In this document: positions 34,288 through 48,900 of the stretch, one piece after another | Position numbering within the stretch: position 1 is the first letter of the stretch | How the letters are laid out: every line of letters starts with the position of its first letter | DNA from: Marsupella aquatica | Taxonomy: Eukaryota > Plantae > Marchantiophyta | NCBI GenBank assembly: GCA_973895155.1 | Contig: OZ316896.1 | Span: 7,114,580-7,178,579 of the forward strand | Length of the DNA: 64,000 nt | Reading direction: 5' to 3' | Position numbers and translations under genes: made by a program | The notes under the pieces: model-generated | Told to the model about the DNA's origin: nothing | The model's database searches: none | Seen by the model: only the letters and a program-made list of their open reading frames with translations

Positions 34288-37200
34288 TATCACGTCATCG
34301 GCCTAGTCCTTAGGCCGATCTACGTCTAAGACAAACACTTCCCTTGTTAGTATTCGGGTTCGGGCAGGGAGGGACGTGCGGAGTGCGTATAATTCTCCCA
34401 AACTAGCGCTAAGTGCGCATACATTTACTTACGAGCATGCTTAGGTATGCTTTGTGTTCCGCCGTCGGAACGTACCTTAGTCGACACGGGGTCCACCCTG
34501 GCTTACGGACTTCTAAGCCTTCGTGTTACCGCCTTTGATCCGGATCCATTAGTACAAGTGCTCAACCCCGGCTTGCAACCCCGTACCCGTAACCTGCACC
34601 CCGTGCACACTCGGCATAACGCGTTCGGCCCAACATTGATACTTGCACACAAGACTCATACATGCATTCATACATAAACATAAATCTTGATTTACACAAA
34701 GGAATTGAGGGGAAAGGATTTCATTCATATATGATCATACACTTGCGATTGGGTGACCCGACACCTCGTGAATGAACGGGCCCAAGGCCGAGGAGTATAC
34801 ACTACAACGGAGCCCGGCTCCGCACTCGCCCGACGAGCTTAGTCTATACCCTCCCCTTGGCACTCCGACACTTCATTGAGTTTGGGACTCCACGCGCGTA
34901 CCGCGAATGGCCAACTTCTGAGTCTAAAATCCCCCCCGTGCCTCTACCGGGGGGCTGCTAAATACTAAGGGCTGAGGACCAGCCTGGCCTCGTGCCCGAA
35001 TCTACGCTAACTTATATCCTTGCTAAGCTGGTTACGGCTTGTCCTATTAGTCTAACCTATTCTACACAGGTTGGCTAATGTGTCAGCGCCGCTATCTTTT
35101 GGTCGGCACTTGTCCTAACAGCCTATTTTAGCTACTCCTAGTTCTATTCTAAGCCTAACCCTCCGCTAATGCCTGGTGCGCTTGCCAAATCCGGCCGAGT
35201 GGGAGCGGTCATCCCGCTGCCTACGGAGTCTATCATTGTCCATCTTGAGGAGCTGGACTTGGTCTAGCAGAGATTCGTTCTCTTGCTTTGCCGCGTCTGT
35301 CTCCTCAGCTACCTCCTGGCATGCCTATTCTAGTTGTTGAGCATCGCTTGTCAGCTTGTCCACCATCTGGGTTTGCTTATCGGCTTCGGTTTGAAGCCGC
35401 GCTACTTCGGCCTTTAGGGCGGCAATCTCTGCAGTGTCATGCTGGTCCTGCTTGTTGGCCTCCTCCAGGTCTTTCTACCAGATGACAGTGTGATTCTTCA
35501 AACTGTCAATCTGGGTCCGGAGCCATGCAATCTCGGCCTCCTTCCCAGCTTTGGCCTGTTCGGCTAAGGCGGTAAGGGCGTGCGCATTTGCTAACAACTC
35601 ATCGGCGACTGCAACCTTGGGTTGTAGTTGCAGAAGCTTAGCCTCTTGAGTCTCAATTTGCCCTTTAGGTACACGGACTCAACCTGGTACCGCTCTATCC
35701 TCTGAAGGGCCTCCAATTGGGCCCGCCTACCTTTATTGCGGTAACCAACTCCTAGTTGAAGAAGTAGGCTACCTTTCGGGCCATGAACTCCCCGGTATCC
35801 CGGGCAGTCTGTTGGGAGAAATCTCCCAAAAGCCTGTTCAAAAATATACCCGGTACGAAGAGTTTTGGGTGGTCCAGGTTGTGCCCGTCCGGAGTTGGGC
35901 ACGGGCAGACGTCAACTCGCGCGGGAGCTGGGGTAGTGACATCCAGCCCTGGGGATGTAGTGTTGGAAGGGGATGGAGTGTCCTCCTCCATCATCGTGCT
36001 GTCCTCTGGAATAGCCACCGGTGGGTCTTCTGGACCCTCGGGCTCGGGCAAGGCCTCCACCGCCCCGATTTCTGCACTCGGCTCGGCCTGGTTGATCGCG
36101 TCTAAGGTTGCGATCACTGCCTCATCCGGTACCTCTTTGGCCACGATTACGGCTACTTGTGGAGGTGGGGTGGGTGAGGCCTGCGTGGCCGCAAGACTTT
36201 GGGCCTCGGGTCGAGGCCGTCTCTCCAAGGCCGGGAAGACCTACCTAGTCGAGACCAACTTAGTTCCGTTGGCTCGGGGAAGGGTTCGTTGATCGAACCG
36301 GGCATACCACTTGAGAACAATGTTGATGTGGCTTGCAAAATACGCCTTCCCGCCGATGTACAACGCCTTCCTTTGTCGTTCCATCTCTTCATGGAACTTC
36401 TTAGCAAAGTATGACGCCCACTTCCTAGGCCGATAGTTCTCGACCTGGATAACCTGGGCAGCGGAGATCTTGCCCCGGGGTTCCATCATGTGGAGGGCGT
36501 ACCTTTGGAACTCCAGCTGATCGGCTATCTCGGGGATGAGGCAGGTCCTCATCACGAACCCGTTGTCCGCTGACCCTTGGAGGGGAAACTCGAGGATTGG
36601 TACTTGGCTCCTTTGCCCCCGGGAGCCCGTGATTTGACTCGTTGATCTCCCTTGGGTAGCCCGAAGATCATCATGGGCCGCTCCTCTGTGAGGGACATAT
36701 TCCTCCCCTGTAGTCAAGTATGCTGATGAACATCGTCATAATTCTTGACGAACTCCATCATGTCCTCCCCATAGTACCTGCAGGTGTTCCAAGGGAGAGA
36801 GGCGAGGTGCTTGAACCCCTGAGTCTTCAAGTACATCGCATGTTTGGGGTGGAGCATGTTCTTATGCACGTTCTCCCCCATGCGGTGCATTGTCACCTTT
36901 GCCGCGGCTACCGTGGCCATGGTTAACCCGGATACAGCTGTGGGTTCCTTCCTCTTCTTTCCCCAAGACTGGCTCCCGTGATGGCTCGGAGAGGGTGACA
37001 TCTCCCCATCCTCCCGATCGGGTATGGGTAGTGCCACCACCGTTAGTATTGGGGCCGGGGTGGCTACGGTCACCGTGTTGTCCACCGGAGCTGCTACTCG
37101 GGTCCGGGTCTGGGGAGGGGGTGATGTAGTGTTGGCTCCCTGGGTGCTCACTCCTCTAGGTCGCCTGAGCAAGGGTGGGGTAGCCTCGTCGTCGTTGCTA

Positions 37201-37290
37201 AGGTCCACAGCGTTGACGACGGATCGCACTTGTATGGGCTGGGTGACCGGTGGTGGGGATTGGCTAGGCGGGGTATCGCGACCGAGACAG
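34288..37290 (-). mobile_element. Family A ORF-containing LTR-like unit, copy 2 (5'-truncated)
   Basis: Homologous to 1-2108. ORF pieces 36714-37301, 36241-36717 and 35752-36228 continue to about 35167. Confidence 0.75.
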
Positions 37291-37850
37291 GGAACAGGCA
37301 AACAAGAAACTGTATGTTGTTACCAGGAAAAAAAAGCTTGTACCAGGGGAAAGAACACACTATGAGGAGTTTAGAATTGTAAAATTTGGAGTTAGTCCAT
37401 TGCGGTTAGGAAGGATACCTTGTCATGAATAGCTGAACCACATAATAATTGAACCTCATATCCCAACATAGACAAGGGGGTGCATACCTAAAAATGTGAA
37501 GGAATGCGCACAAAAATGGTCACCACAATTGGCAACAAAATATATGAAAATAATACAAAAGGAATGCAACACAAAACTTTATGGTATTATATGGTCCAAA
37601 ATAAAAGTGAACAACGTCTTGACTAGTGCCTGGCGCTAGTTTACCGGTATTTAAGGAAACAAATAGTTGACGTTGACAACATCAAGCACAACACGATGAT
37701 ATTTCACGGTGTAGCCTAAACAACAAAATTATCAGCGCCTGGCGCTAACAAAAACATGCCGCGACATAAATAACACTATACCGTTGACATACGACAAAAT
37801 CAATATAATCGTTTGGACCGATAGGGCAACCTAGATCATCATGATTCATG

Positions 37851-39982
37851 CTATAAACCATGAGCATTTTGCCTCTCTAATATGAGCCAAACCTCTCCAA
37901 GAGTGAGAATTGGTTGGTTGGTCAATGTAGATTCCTCAACGTCTAGTTTGAAAACGGTAAGGAAAATCCAATACAAATGTTTGCAAGGCATATATGGATG
38001 TTTCCGAGAATGTCGCCAGTAGAAATCCTCACAAGAGCAAGTGGGGAAAATGCAAATTTGAACAAAGTAACAATTTGGCGTCCGCATATTTTTGTGCGTT
38101 TGCACCTTAAACTACTTTCCCCATGCATTCCCAATCGCGACATCCCACTCTCCCTGAATGGACATCGTCTCTTTTTTTGCAGACGCAATTCTGTTCATGT
38201 GACCATGGGTAAGAGTTGACCGAGGAACCATATTCCTCCCATTCCGGCTTCAGAGACGAACATTGGGTTTGAGAAGATTCACATTTTCTGGAAAGATATT
38301 GACATTGATTCAAAGATCAAAATCTGATGGGGGTCTAGTTGTACGTTCACTTCCACGGACTAGGGAGATTCTGTTCTCAAGAAGATATTGCATCTTGTCT
38401 TCCTTTTAAAATGGGAAGAACATCAGGGAAAGGGGGCAGGTTCAATACACCTTGACGCGGGCGGCTTCTATAACATGTATTGTTTGGGCAAAACCAAATC
38501 ATTTCGGTTATGGGTTCCCCCTTGAAAATGCGTTGTCCTTTGACAACAATGCCGATAACACCATGTGGTGAGGGAAATCCAACTTTTTTTACACGATTGC
38601 GACACTCGTCTCTTTCAGAATTACGGGAAAACGATCCGTTGCACTGAGGACCAACGCCAAATTTTGAAGTTCGACATAATTGCCATGCAGCTGGAGCGAC
38701 CTCGGTTTCACGGACAGGACACTCTTGTAACGGTTGCTGAAGCACAAAGGGAGCAGTCTGGGGAAGCCTTGTTGAACGCGTTTGGTCTCGAGCAAGAGGG
38801 ATATTGAAATTGACATCTTCTCCACCGCCCAAAATGTCACTTCTAGATAGATTAACAACAAGAATAACTTGAGGCGTGGGGCCAGGGATAGCATCAAACA
38901 TCGTGCGATTAAGATTCTTCCTTTTCATCGATCTAGTATTGGGCGAGGTGACAAGGATTTTATCATGCCTATGGGAGTCTTGTGGCGAGATATTCCCAGA
39001 TGCATGTCCTTTCCTCTTCAAAGATTTGGTGACAACGTCTCCATTGAGAGGTGCCCGTCTCTCCAAGTCAAACTCGGCAGCGTTGGACAGTAGCATATTC
39101 ATTGCATCTTCAAACAACTTGGGGGAGCCTGCCTGGTCCGCTGATCGGAAAGCGAGTTCCCAAATCGTGGGACCTTTACCTCTATGCAACCCTTTCTGAT
39201 ACGCAGTGTAAGCAGCAACCTGAGAAATAGCTTGATTTGGTCCATTTCACATGCCTCAAAGAGCCCAACCTTTTTCTTCATTACCCATGCTTTCATACTT
39301 GCGTGCACGGACTCTGATCCTGTACAATTAGGAATCTTAGCCCCTTCTTCGACACTCTTGTTCTGCAATTACATAGAATAAATTGCCTGTTACGCAACCA
39401 AAAACACTAGCGTCGGGCGCTAGAGAAGTGGAGTCGGTACCTAGAAGTAAAAACTGGCAATGTAGATTAAGGGACAACTTATTGTGTCCTATTGTGTCAT
39501 CTGACAGTTCGTGTAAATAATAGCGCCAAGCGCTAGTATTAAAGGATGCTAGATAGTATTGTAATATTTGAAGTTTACACTATCGATACAATCATTATGT
39601 AATGAGAATATAGCAGAGCAATACCTAAAGAGCGGAAAGGAAAGTAAAACAACTTACCAAACGAATAAAATTTCCCCATTGCCTCCACCTGACGACCCAC
39701 CATGAAATCCAACTCTGAAGCATCCGGAGCTTCCCGAGGACACAATTACCCGACTGCCACCACAAATCAATCTCCCTTGAAAGTCTGTAAGCCTCTACAA
39801 ACATGGGGGCATTTCACATCTTATATATCCCAAAGCACGCAATGCTCTGCTTGACTCTCTTCAATCACTCCTTCAACTGAATGGCAATGGAAGGCTTGGT
39901 AGAAATGGAATGCGTCAGTTCACTCACGCTCTGGGTTTGGATGCCCTCCAAAAAAGATGTTTCGGACTGCCAGCCATCCAGC
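37851..39982 (-). pseudogene. MULE-like transposase, 3' half with SWIM zinc finger
   Basis: AGWLAVRNIFFG..DAFHFYQ, SWISWWVVRWRQWG, an intron at about 39365-39657, GSESVHASMK, and C-terminal TCSCEDF..PCKHLYWIF (SWIM CxC..CxH). Confidence 0.65.
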
Positions 39983-40185
39983 GGGGTAGCGAGGATCATC
40001 AGTTATAAGCCACTGATAACTGATATCAACGGCTGTTATCAGTTTTTCCGCTAATTTTTTTTTGTATCTCAGCTGAACAGCTGAGATGATGACTTTGCAT
40101 TTCCACGCATCTCAGCTGACCTTGCCGAGATCAGCGAGCGGACAAAAAAAACGGGAAAAAAAATTTTAAAAATTATTTTCTCGAA
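39983..40185 (+). mobile_element. One arm of a foldback/MITE-like element (starts GGGGTAGCGAGGATCATCAG)
   Basis: About 200-bp inverted match to 51540-51765; both ends are flanked by GC. Confidence 0.75.
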
Positions 40186-40189
40186 TTAC

Positions 40190-42366
40190 CTCCACAAATG
40201 CAGTTGGTGCATTTGCCAAAGTGTAAGGTCGAGCTTCCAAAACTTGAATTGGCCATTCTTCAGATGTATCCATAAGGAATGCTTGTTTCTGTAATTTCTC
40301 AACCAATTCAATTCTGAATTTTGGCATCCACTACCTGCATATCATATTACCTCTTCTCCAAGAGATAAATTAAGTCATGAGAAAGATGTCCTTTCTATAA
40401 GAGGAATGGCCTTCCCTCCCATATCAATTCACCTTTCTCCCATGGTCATAAAAGAGTTAAAATCAGAGTAGAGATAACTTACTCCTAAATGGAATTGGCC
40501 AAACTCCACTTACAATGGTTCCTCTCTTTCTCCCTTGAAAGTCTCTCTTAAAATCCAAGGTTTCTAATTTGGTCATTCACTGCCTGAAGGAAAAATCATT
40601 CCTGAATCTGTTCCCCGGCAGCGGCGCCAAAAATTGTATGTAGTATCACACTAGGGACATAAATAAACATTTAAGATCCAAAACTCGGTATTCGTTCCCA
40701 TGGAAGAACATGTAAGGAATAATTTTCTATGATTTAGCACTTATGAATGAATAAGGTGACAAAAACACAAAGGTGGGCCTTTTACTATGATTGCTTAGCA
40801 AGGCATAGTTTTGAATGTTTGATTAACATTGTAAATCAAATTAACAAATGGAAACAATTAATAAAACATAATAAAAATCTTGAGGTATGGTGAGGGAGTC
40901 TGGAAAATACCAAGGTAACTTCTCAACAACACTTAATTTGAGATGATTTAAGGTGAGGAATCCGCAAGGACATTTCTGGAATGGAATGTTTTACTAGGAT
41001 GGTTTATTAAAGTGCCGTCAACACATCTCAACCTTTCCTTCCAAGGTACTAAGTTAGGATTAACAACCAATCACTTCAGCATCCAATCGATACTTTGAGT
41101 CACGAATATCAAGCACCATCATCAACAACTTAAAGTCACAGGTAATTGGGTGATAACATTCTTTGCACCTCGTGCACAAGCAATGTTATGCCAAAAACAT
41201 ATGCATCAAGAACTCAAGAATGTATAGCCTTCACCAATTAAGGAATCTCTCTCCACACATTCAAAAGATTCATTAATCACAAAGTTTTACTTCTCTGGTA
41301 TGAAATCTCAACATTCAAACACAAGGAAGGGGAAGAAATTATTTGTATTAAGTACTCATCAACAACATAGAGTACTTGTTACAAATGGAGGTAACAAAGT
41401 TGCAATCTTGCAACTAAGCGATCACACAAAAAGTGACAGAAATTCAACTACATATAGGCTAGCACGAACTAAAGGAAAAAGAGATAATGAAAGGACATGC
41501 CCTTTCATATCTTAAGGGTCATAAACTAAAGTTTAAAAGTATGAAAATATGTTACAGGAGTACTCAACGTTCACTAGAATGTTGTTGGAATGAAAAACTA
41601 ATCAAAAATGATCTTTAGTGTAAACTGGAGTGAAAGTGTTTTTGCACTTTTGCTGTAAAACTAACAAATAACAATGTTGTCTGAATTTTAATTTCTAACA
41701 TAAAGTTCAAAATGAGGTGAAACTTTTCTAGGTGGAAGATTTACATACATGCTACATGCTGGAAAACTGTCAGACTTTTCTGAGGTGTCTAAGTGCCTTA
41801 ATAAAATCGGTGAGAAGTGCTGTCGGATTAAAAATACACTTTTCCGGAAAATTTTCCAAGTGTCGGAAGCGCCGTTGCGCAATCACGCCACTGCAAAACT
41901 AAAAATTATATAACTTCTAAACGACATGTCGGTTTTGGCTGATACTTTCAGAGGAGTGTCTGTTAGATAAGAGCTACCTCCTGAAAAAGTATGAGACTTT
42001 TCTAACTATGAGAACTATTTAACAAAAATGGTGGAGATTGACTAATCCTGACTCGAAGGATGGAGTAGGTCAATCCTCCTGAAGTAATGCTAACTGGTCC
42101 GGTTGTTGAAAACTCCTGTGTGGAAACTCTCTTGCATAGCTTCTTGAATTACATCCATGTCTTGAGTGTGATGCCAATAGAAAGGTAAAGACTTCCGCTG
42201 TCGTTCAATATCCAGAACAAGAAGTAGTCTTTGGTGTAGCATGACATTAGGTAAAGTGTTCAGTTGATCTAAATTGCTACAAAAAGTAACTATACTGCAC
42301 CATTGACTTAGAAAAAGTTCAAAATTTATAATTTTCTATCATTTCTAACTAATGTATTGTATTACA
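40190..42366 (-). mobile_element. Truncated Athila-like element: 1.7-kb 5' LTR (40639-42366) + PBS + short internal stub
   Basis: On the minus strand the LTR reads TGTAAT...GTGATACTACA and is an inverted match to the solo LTR at 45925-50454. The PBS follows after 9 nt. Confidence 0.8.
40612..40629 (-). promoter_or_regulatory. Primer-binding site, Athila tRNA-Asp type
   Basis: TGGCGCCGCTGCCGGGGA, one substitution from the canonical TGGCGCCGTTGCCGGGGA. Confidence 0.85.
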
Positions 42367-43501
42367 GTAGCCCCAGCGATCGACAGCATGCGCCCTGAAA
42401 ATTCACTCTCCAGATCTTCTAGTAATCTTTTGATACTGTATTAGCGTTCGGTTGTACCACTTATTTCCCTTCTAAACCTCCATCACGCCTCAACCTTCAC
42501 TTGAAATTTCAAAATCTCATCTCTGCAACAATCATCATTCTTCGTTGAATATCATCCATTTACCACAAACTTCATAGCGCCCTCATCTCCTCCTCGTTTT
42601 ACTTCCAAACTCTTTCTTCCTTCGCGAATACATTCCCCACTTTCAGTTCATTGATTTCCTTGCTCCCTAACTCTCTCAAAATTGCTTATTATTCCCTGAT
42701 TGTCTCCTCGTTCCAAATCAAATCCCCTCTTGATCATCCCATCTGTTCCGTCTTGTTCCTTACTCCCCTTCGGCTGATCGCCTTGCCATCTTCGCTTCTT
42801 CTTCCCACTCCACTGATTCTCCCAAACTCAGCCTCTGCTCAACTCTCCATCGGATCCTTTCAGTCTTCTATTTCTTACAATTTTTGCTCCCCGAACTCAG
42901 CTTTAAAGATGTCGCATCCGGAATTCTCCTTCAATCTTTAGCTTTTCCCTCCTTTCACTTGGAGAAAGATTCTTCACAACGACCATGATCTACCTGTTAT
43001 CCCTTTCTCAGACCTTAGCATCACCTCTCCCTCACCTCAATCATTCGAAAAGTCCTTATCCCACAGCAATCACCATTCGCAGCTTCACTCTGTTCACTCT
43101 AATTTCAATCACACGCCTCAGCCTTCCTCCGAAAATCCAAAACCTCAACATTCAACGACCATCATCCTCGGCTGAATTTCACCCAATCCCCCTGAGCTCT
43201 CTCGCGCGCCCCACTCCACAAGAATTTTTCTAACTGCCCTTTATTCTTTCGGCCATTTCTCCTTCCTCCTGTTCCTCCTTGTAGCGCGCTCCACTTCAAA
43301 CTGACCCTTATGATCTACGTGCTCACGGGATGCCACGTGTCTCAACCACAATAATTGCCCTATTAACTTTTAGTCTAAAGCTTCATTCTCCACTCTTTAT
43401 TCCTCTTTTGTCTCACTAACCTTCAACTCAAGTTCAGTTTCCTCTTTGTTCCTTTCCTTCGCAATCAGAGTACTACTACATTCTGAGCCGAACAAAGCAA
43501 G

Positions 43502-45605
43502 TTGACTAGATCCAACACACTCCACTTCAATTGTCAAACATTTTTCCCGACGACACCGGACAAGGAAGACTACACACTCAAGAATCAAAAGCGAGCGAAA
43601 CAATATGTCTATCGTTTCTTCATGCACATGGAGATTGTGAAGCTTGACTATTTTTGGGCTTACCCAGCTGCTTTCCATAATTGGGTCATCTGCGCAGACG
43701 GAGATATTTTGGCCAAACTATATTCGATGTATCCCGTTGAGGGAATCCTTCCGTCGAGGAAATTGTTAGAGTGGGAGAGAATTCACTGCCCCTGGTATCT
43801 TGACACCGACAGATGGGATTCTCCTTTTGATGACACTGAGAAGGACGCCTTCCATAAACTGTCCAAATCCCAAGTTCCGAGACAATTTGTCTCCGACATG
43901 AAGCAAGGAATTGAGGGAGACATCAACGCGTCGACAACTTAGTTGCCAAAAAAATTCAAAACCACTGTGGTTCATGTTGATCAAAGCTGAAAACCAAGAG
44001 CCAAAGCCAAGGCGGTTGCCCCTGTGGCAAGTGCTAGTGCCAAGTCTGGGAAAAAACGTAAGCTACACCTCCTTCTTCCGACTTCCTTCTTTGGTAGCGC
44101 CTGGCGCTATTATGTGTCGTGAGTTTAATATGTTTTATTTCCCAAAATTAATGTGGGTGTTTGGCCAGCGCCTGGCACTAACACTCTTTATGTGCTTGAC
44201 ACTATTTTTGGTAGGTGGGCAAAAATCTGATGCCGCCACGGATGACACAAAAGTAGATGCAACACCAGAAGTCTCTGAGGCCAACACTGGTGCCAATCCA
44301 GATCGACCCCATCACCCCCGTTGAGAAGGGGAAGGTTATAGTTCATGTGGATGCTACAAGCACAAAGAAGAAGAAGAAAAGGACCATCGATGTCTGGGAA
44401 TCATCACGAGATAATGCTTCTGGGGCCGGTATCCAATGGGATGTGGGGAATTTCAAGACCAAACTCGGAAGACACTATATGGTCAAATCAAGCTTGGCAC
44501 AATTCATTGATAGTGCATTTAGTAAGGAAGAGAAGCCAGATTGGGTTGCAGACGCTGAGAAGTGGGGTAAGGATTTGATCAAGTTGGGGTGTAGAGATAA
44601 AGGAGTCATTAGAGGTGGGAAGGAAGGATCATTTGGGGTGAATGCGGGTTTCATCTATCCCCCAACTGGTTTGAAACCCACAATTGTTGACCGGTGGGTC
44701 CCGAAATGGAATGTAACAGATCACACAGCAGCCGAATCATTTTTTTGGGCGATGGATCCTTTCCTTTTGGATGATGGCATGCTCGCCATCTTATACTCGG
44801 ATGACCACGATCAGATTTTCCAGGTCATTTCTGCATGTTAGCAATCCAAGAAGTTCATGTGCATCAATACGCACAATGTTTTCATGTCTGTCCCAATGTA
44901 CAGATCCAAGACAGATGTCCAGGTAAATGTTCTCTCTGCATATAGCTATACTAGCGCCCGACGCTAATCTTTATTTATTAGGAGGTCTTCTCGCATGACT
45001 AAGAGATTTTTAAAATCCAGTTGGTTTGTCTACTTTTGCAGGTCTTCACTCTAGACTGGATTATTTTGTCGAGTTTCTTTTAAGGGAAAGGTCCCAAAGG
45101 ATCCAAGGTTCAAGCCGCTGTCTAGCGCTGAAGATCCTTCAATCTCAAACAATTGGGCTACAATCTTTGAAGGAAGATCATTGTCCTAAACTCCATTTTA
45201 CTGGGAATGCCCGACTACCGGTTGGTTTTATGCAAACTGTCCTTGAACACTTTACGATACCTAAGGATATTGTAATTGATTGGACCGTCGGCTCAGGTAG
45301 TACGTTCATTGCTGGGGATTACTCGGGCCATTTTGTCATTGGGTTAGAAAATCGTTGGGAGTTTGTTGAGACCGCTTCAAGGATTTTTTTGGACCTCATT
45401 TCTCCCAAACCTTTGGAGACACACCTCCCCCTCCTCAAATAACTGGATGAAAAAAGAAAGATAGACTTAGATCTGTCCTCAACTTTGATTCGGACGAAGA
45501 TGATGGGACGCCAGAAGATGATGTTCCTGAGGATGTCAATAACGGTGGGAAAGAGGAAACCCGACATGAAGGGTCAACGAAGGATAGCGAAGAGTCTTCC
45601 AAGTA
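43502..45605 (+). pseudogene. Multi-exon gene with beta-class DNA amino-methyltransferase-like fold and acidic tail
   Basis: Motif IV position GFIYPPTGL (44647-44673), FLLDDGMLAILY, and motif X-I RLPVGFMQTVLEHFTIPKDIVIDWTVGSGSTFIAG..VIGLE (about 45210-45350). GT-AG introns at about 44058-44214 and 44923-45041. Confidence 0.72.
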
Positions 45606-45924
45606 ATTTTTGTCTCTTGTAAGCTCCTTTATCCTTTCAATTGTTGGCTAACCTTCAATTCCACCCGTTCTATTGGTTAAGTACTTACTTCCTCTTTCTC
45701 TTCCGTTTCTCTTTTGAGCAGGTCATAATGGAACCAAAGAAAACGGTTTCAACTCCGAAGGAAAGTGGCTCGAAATGTAATCATTACTCCCAAGAAGCCG
45801 TTTGTGTTGCCATCATACACTGAGAATGTCACGAGGAAGGCAGAGAAATTTAGGATGCTCTGCTGGGAAACAAAAGGACTTAGGCTTCTTAGGGGAGTAG
45901 ACAGAAAGTTCATGAGGAACCCCT

Positions 45925-48900
45925 TGTAATAGCTGTCTAAATTAGAAACTTAGAAATAATGAAAACTTTTAAAATTTTTGTAGTTAGAAATAGATTAAAC
46001 ATAGCCAATTAATCTACTTTTAGATATAAGTAAGGTTAAGACTTAAGTTAGGCGGATTAATGGATAATACCCTGAGTAATTAGGTAGGGGTGAGACGAGC
46101 CAGAAGAAACTACTATCGATGTTCTCGAAGCACGAAAGGAAGATTGGTGCTGCCACGTTTGACCGTGGGCGCAACGAGCATTTTGGCGTAAAATCGCAAC
46201 GGCGCTTTGGAGCAAAAGCGCAACGGCGTATCGGCGGAAAAGCGCAACGGAGCAAAGGCGCAACAGAGCGAAAGCGCAACGGCGGATCACTTGGCATTGC
46301 TCTCTTTGGATCGATAATTGGTGACAACGCCTTGCATCTTGTTACTATGGCAGACGAAGGGGGAGAGATGACTGCAAGAGGAGTTCCTCTACCTAAGGCC
46401 GTCCCTGTGACATACCCTACGATGAAAAGAAGCTTGCACGTTTTGAAGGAAGCACTGGCGGTCATGCACCTGAGTAAATTACTCACTCTGCCTTGGTCTG
46501 CAACTTCATTGAGTTTTCTGAAGGATTTCAGTGATGGGGCACGAATCGAAGTCGGTATGGTGGGAACTGCTAGGGCGAATCCAGAATTTTGGACTCTGCA
46601 ATTTGTTGCTGATGCTTTCGACTGTCCCGCCGAAGGCGATAGCTTACACTCACGACAAGGGGAGATTGCGAGGCCTTATTTTTCTGGAACTCGAAACGTT
46701 CGCCATGGATGGAAAATGGACCAGTGCACCGATTATACTCTCAAAATCATTTTAGAGTTTTTGATTCCAATTCTCCATCCCATCCGGCCACATATGATAC
46801 CTGTGTCACTTGCCAATACTATTGTGGCAAGTTGGAAGGGAGTTGCTCAGATAAATTGGGCCTTGTTGCTAAGACAGGTTATTTTATCTCAAGTAAAGAA
46901 GGTGAAAATGGACGAGTTCACTACTCTCCCTTCTTATCTTTGCCAATTGTACTTTCATGGGAATTGCTTACTTCCAGGCGAACAGGAGGAGCGGATCAAA
47001 CTGCTTGATGAATTTGATCTTAGTGAATCAGGAAACGAGGATACTGAAGGAGAAGATGCTGATGAAGTCCAACCGGAGGTTCCCCCACCTATCTGTTCAG
47101 AGGTTACCCCTCTTACCCATAGAGAACCACTTGTGGAACCCAGAAGAACCTCTTCACCAATTCCTGATAACCCACTATCCCCTTTCGAAGATCTCAATCA
47201 GGATAGAAGACTTTACACCCCCCTCAATTCCAATCTTGATGAGTATACATCCGAGCCAGAACCAGTAGGAACGTCCCCACCTTCTGTACCTGTAGTTGAG
47301 ATATCTATCCCTAATACTCTTCGATCACCCATAGTCCCAACTCAGAATTTATCTATAGACAGCTTGACCCCTTCTATGAGATCCCGTAAGAGACCCTTCA
47401 TGTTCAGCAAACCAACGGCTGATGAACTGAGAGCAGAATCTAATCAGCAAATTATCAATAAGTTAAGCAACTTATTGATCTGTGAACCTGAGGAGATAGT
47501 TGACTCTTTTGAGAGGTTAAGAGCAGCCTGTGTAACTCTGCCTGAACCTAGTAGTCCCGACTCTCCATACTCTCCCACCCAAGGTCCTACTCAGTTCTAT
47601 CCTAAGATGATGGAGCTATTTTGACCCACCTCCAATATTAGGGTTACAAATACTGCTGAAGCTGAACCAATGGAGGACAATGATGCATCACCCAGGTTAG
47701 AGCTCCAACAGACACTATCTGCTTCCCCAGGTCACTCTGCTGAACACTATTCTACTCTTGTTAATAAAATGACTGACATGCTGGAGTGTGATGAGAGACA
47801 CTTAATTGATGTCTTGGATGATCTTTTGCATAAGACATCAGTTTTACTTACTCGAGATCATCATCGAGAATATTGTGAGGATTTAGTCCACAGGCTTACA
47901 CAGATTTTCGGATGCAACCCAAAGCAAGTTTATTATGCCGTCCGTTATCATGCCTCAGCCTCTGGCTCTCCCATTTACTATTCTTCCCCTTCTTCCAGCC
48001 ATTCACCCACCTCTCCTTACAGTCCTTCGAATCAACCAGACCAGCTCTATCCTAGTTTTCCAGAACCTGAGATCACCCCTACAGGTGAACATCTTGCCAC
48101 TTCTTATCCTGACACCCTTCCACTAGGTCAAGATAAATCCTGCCAGGTCAGTTTCATCCATACATTGCATATTGACCCTAAGACCCCTCAGGAGAATATT
48201 ACACAATTTGCTGAGTTTGTTAGAGTTTCAGACCTTAGAACTCCTCCCATTTTTGAGTTTTGGCAGTACTATCATAAGAAGAGAGTTGAATGTCTCTATA
48301 TCCTGAAGCTTCATCTGAAGGATGTCACCCGCCTAGAGATAGCAGAGATGGATGAGATCTGGACAGAGGCTAAATATTTTCGCCCTATTCTTGGTGTCAT
48401 AATCCTGGTTGGACACATTGTATTGGAGAATGGAGATCTGGCCCTGGCATACTTCGGGAACTTACCTGCCTATATATGTCTTGGAATTCATCATCAACTT
48501 TTTGAGACAAACCAACAAACGATATCAGGTCGACCATGGTGTCCTACTAGAGAAACCTTTTATTGTTCAACAATTTATCTCACCAATTGCTGAGAGTCAG
48601 AGAATCTGGAACAACATCACTTCCCAATGGTTGACTGATTACACCTTGAAATGGCAAGAACTGTTACCTCGTGTCACCCCACTTCTATCACTTGCCAAGG
48701 ACTCTGACACCTTCATCAACAAGTTTCCACGCAACTACCATACTACTTGTTGTAGTTATGACTTGGTCGGCATCTATATGCAAGCTAGCAAGGTGAACAC
48801 TATGTTTCACAGGAGACTACTTCCCATTCTAAATGCTAAATGACAAATCAGGTCTCTTCCATTTGCTCGACATGATACACAGGCTATGGATTTCCCCCGA

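Noticed and set aside
46119-46346. N-terminal extension of the 501-aa ORF
   Set aside because: It is the translation of the GCGCAACGG motif cluster; the ATG at 46347 is the more plausible start.
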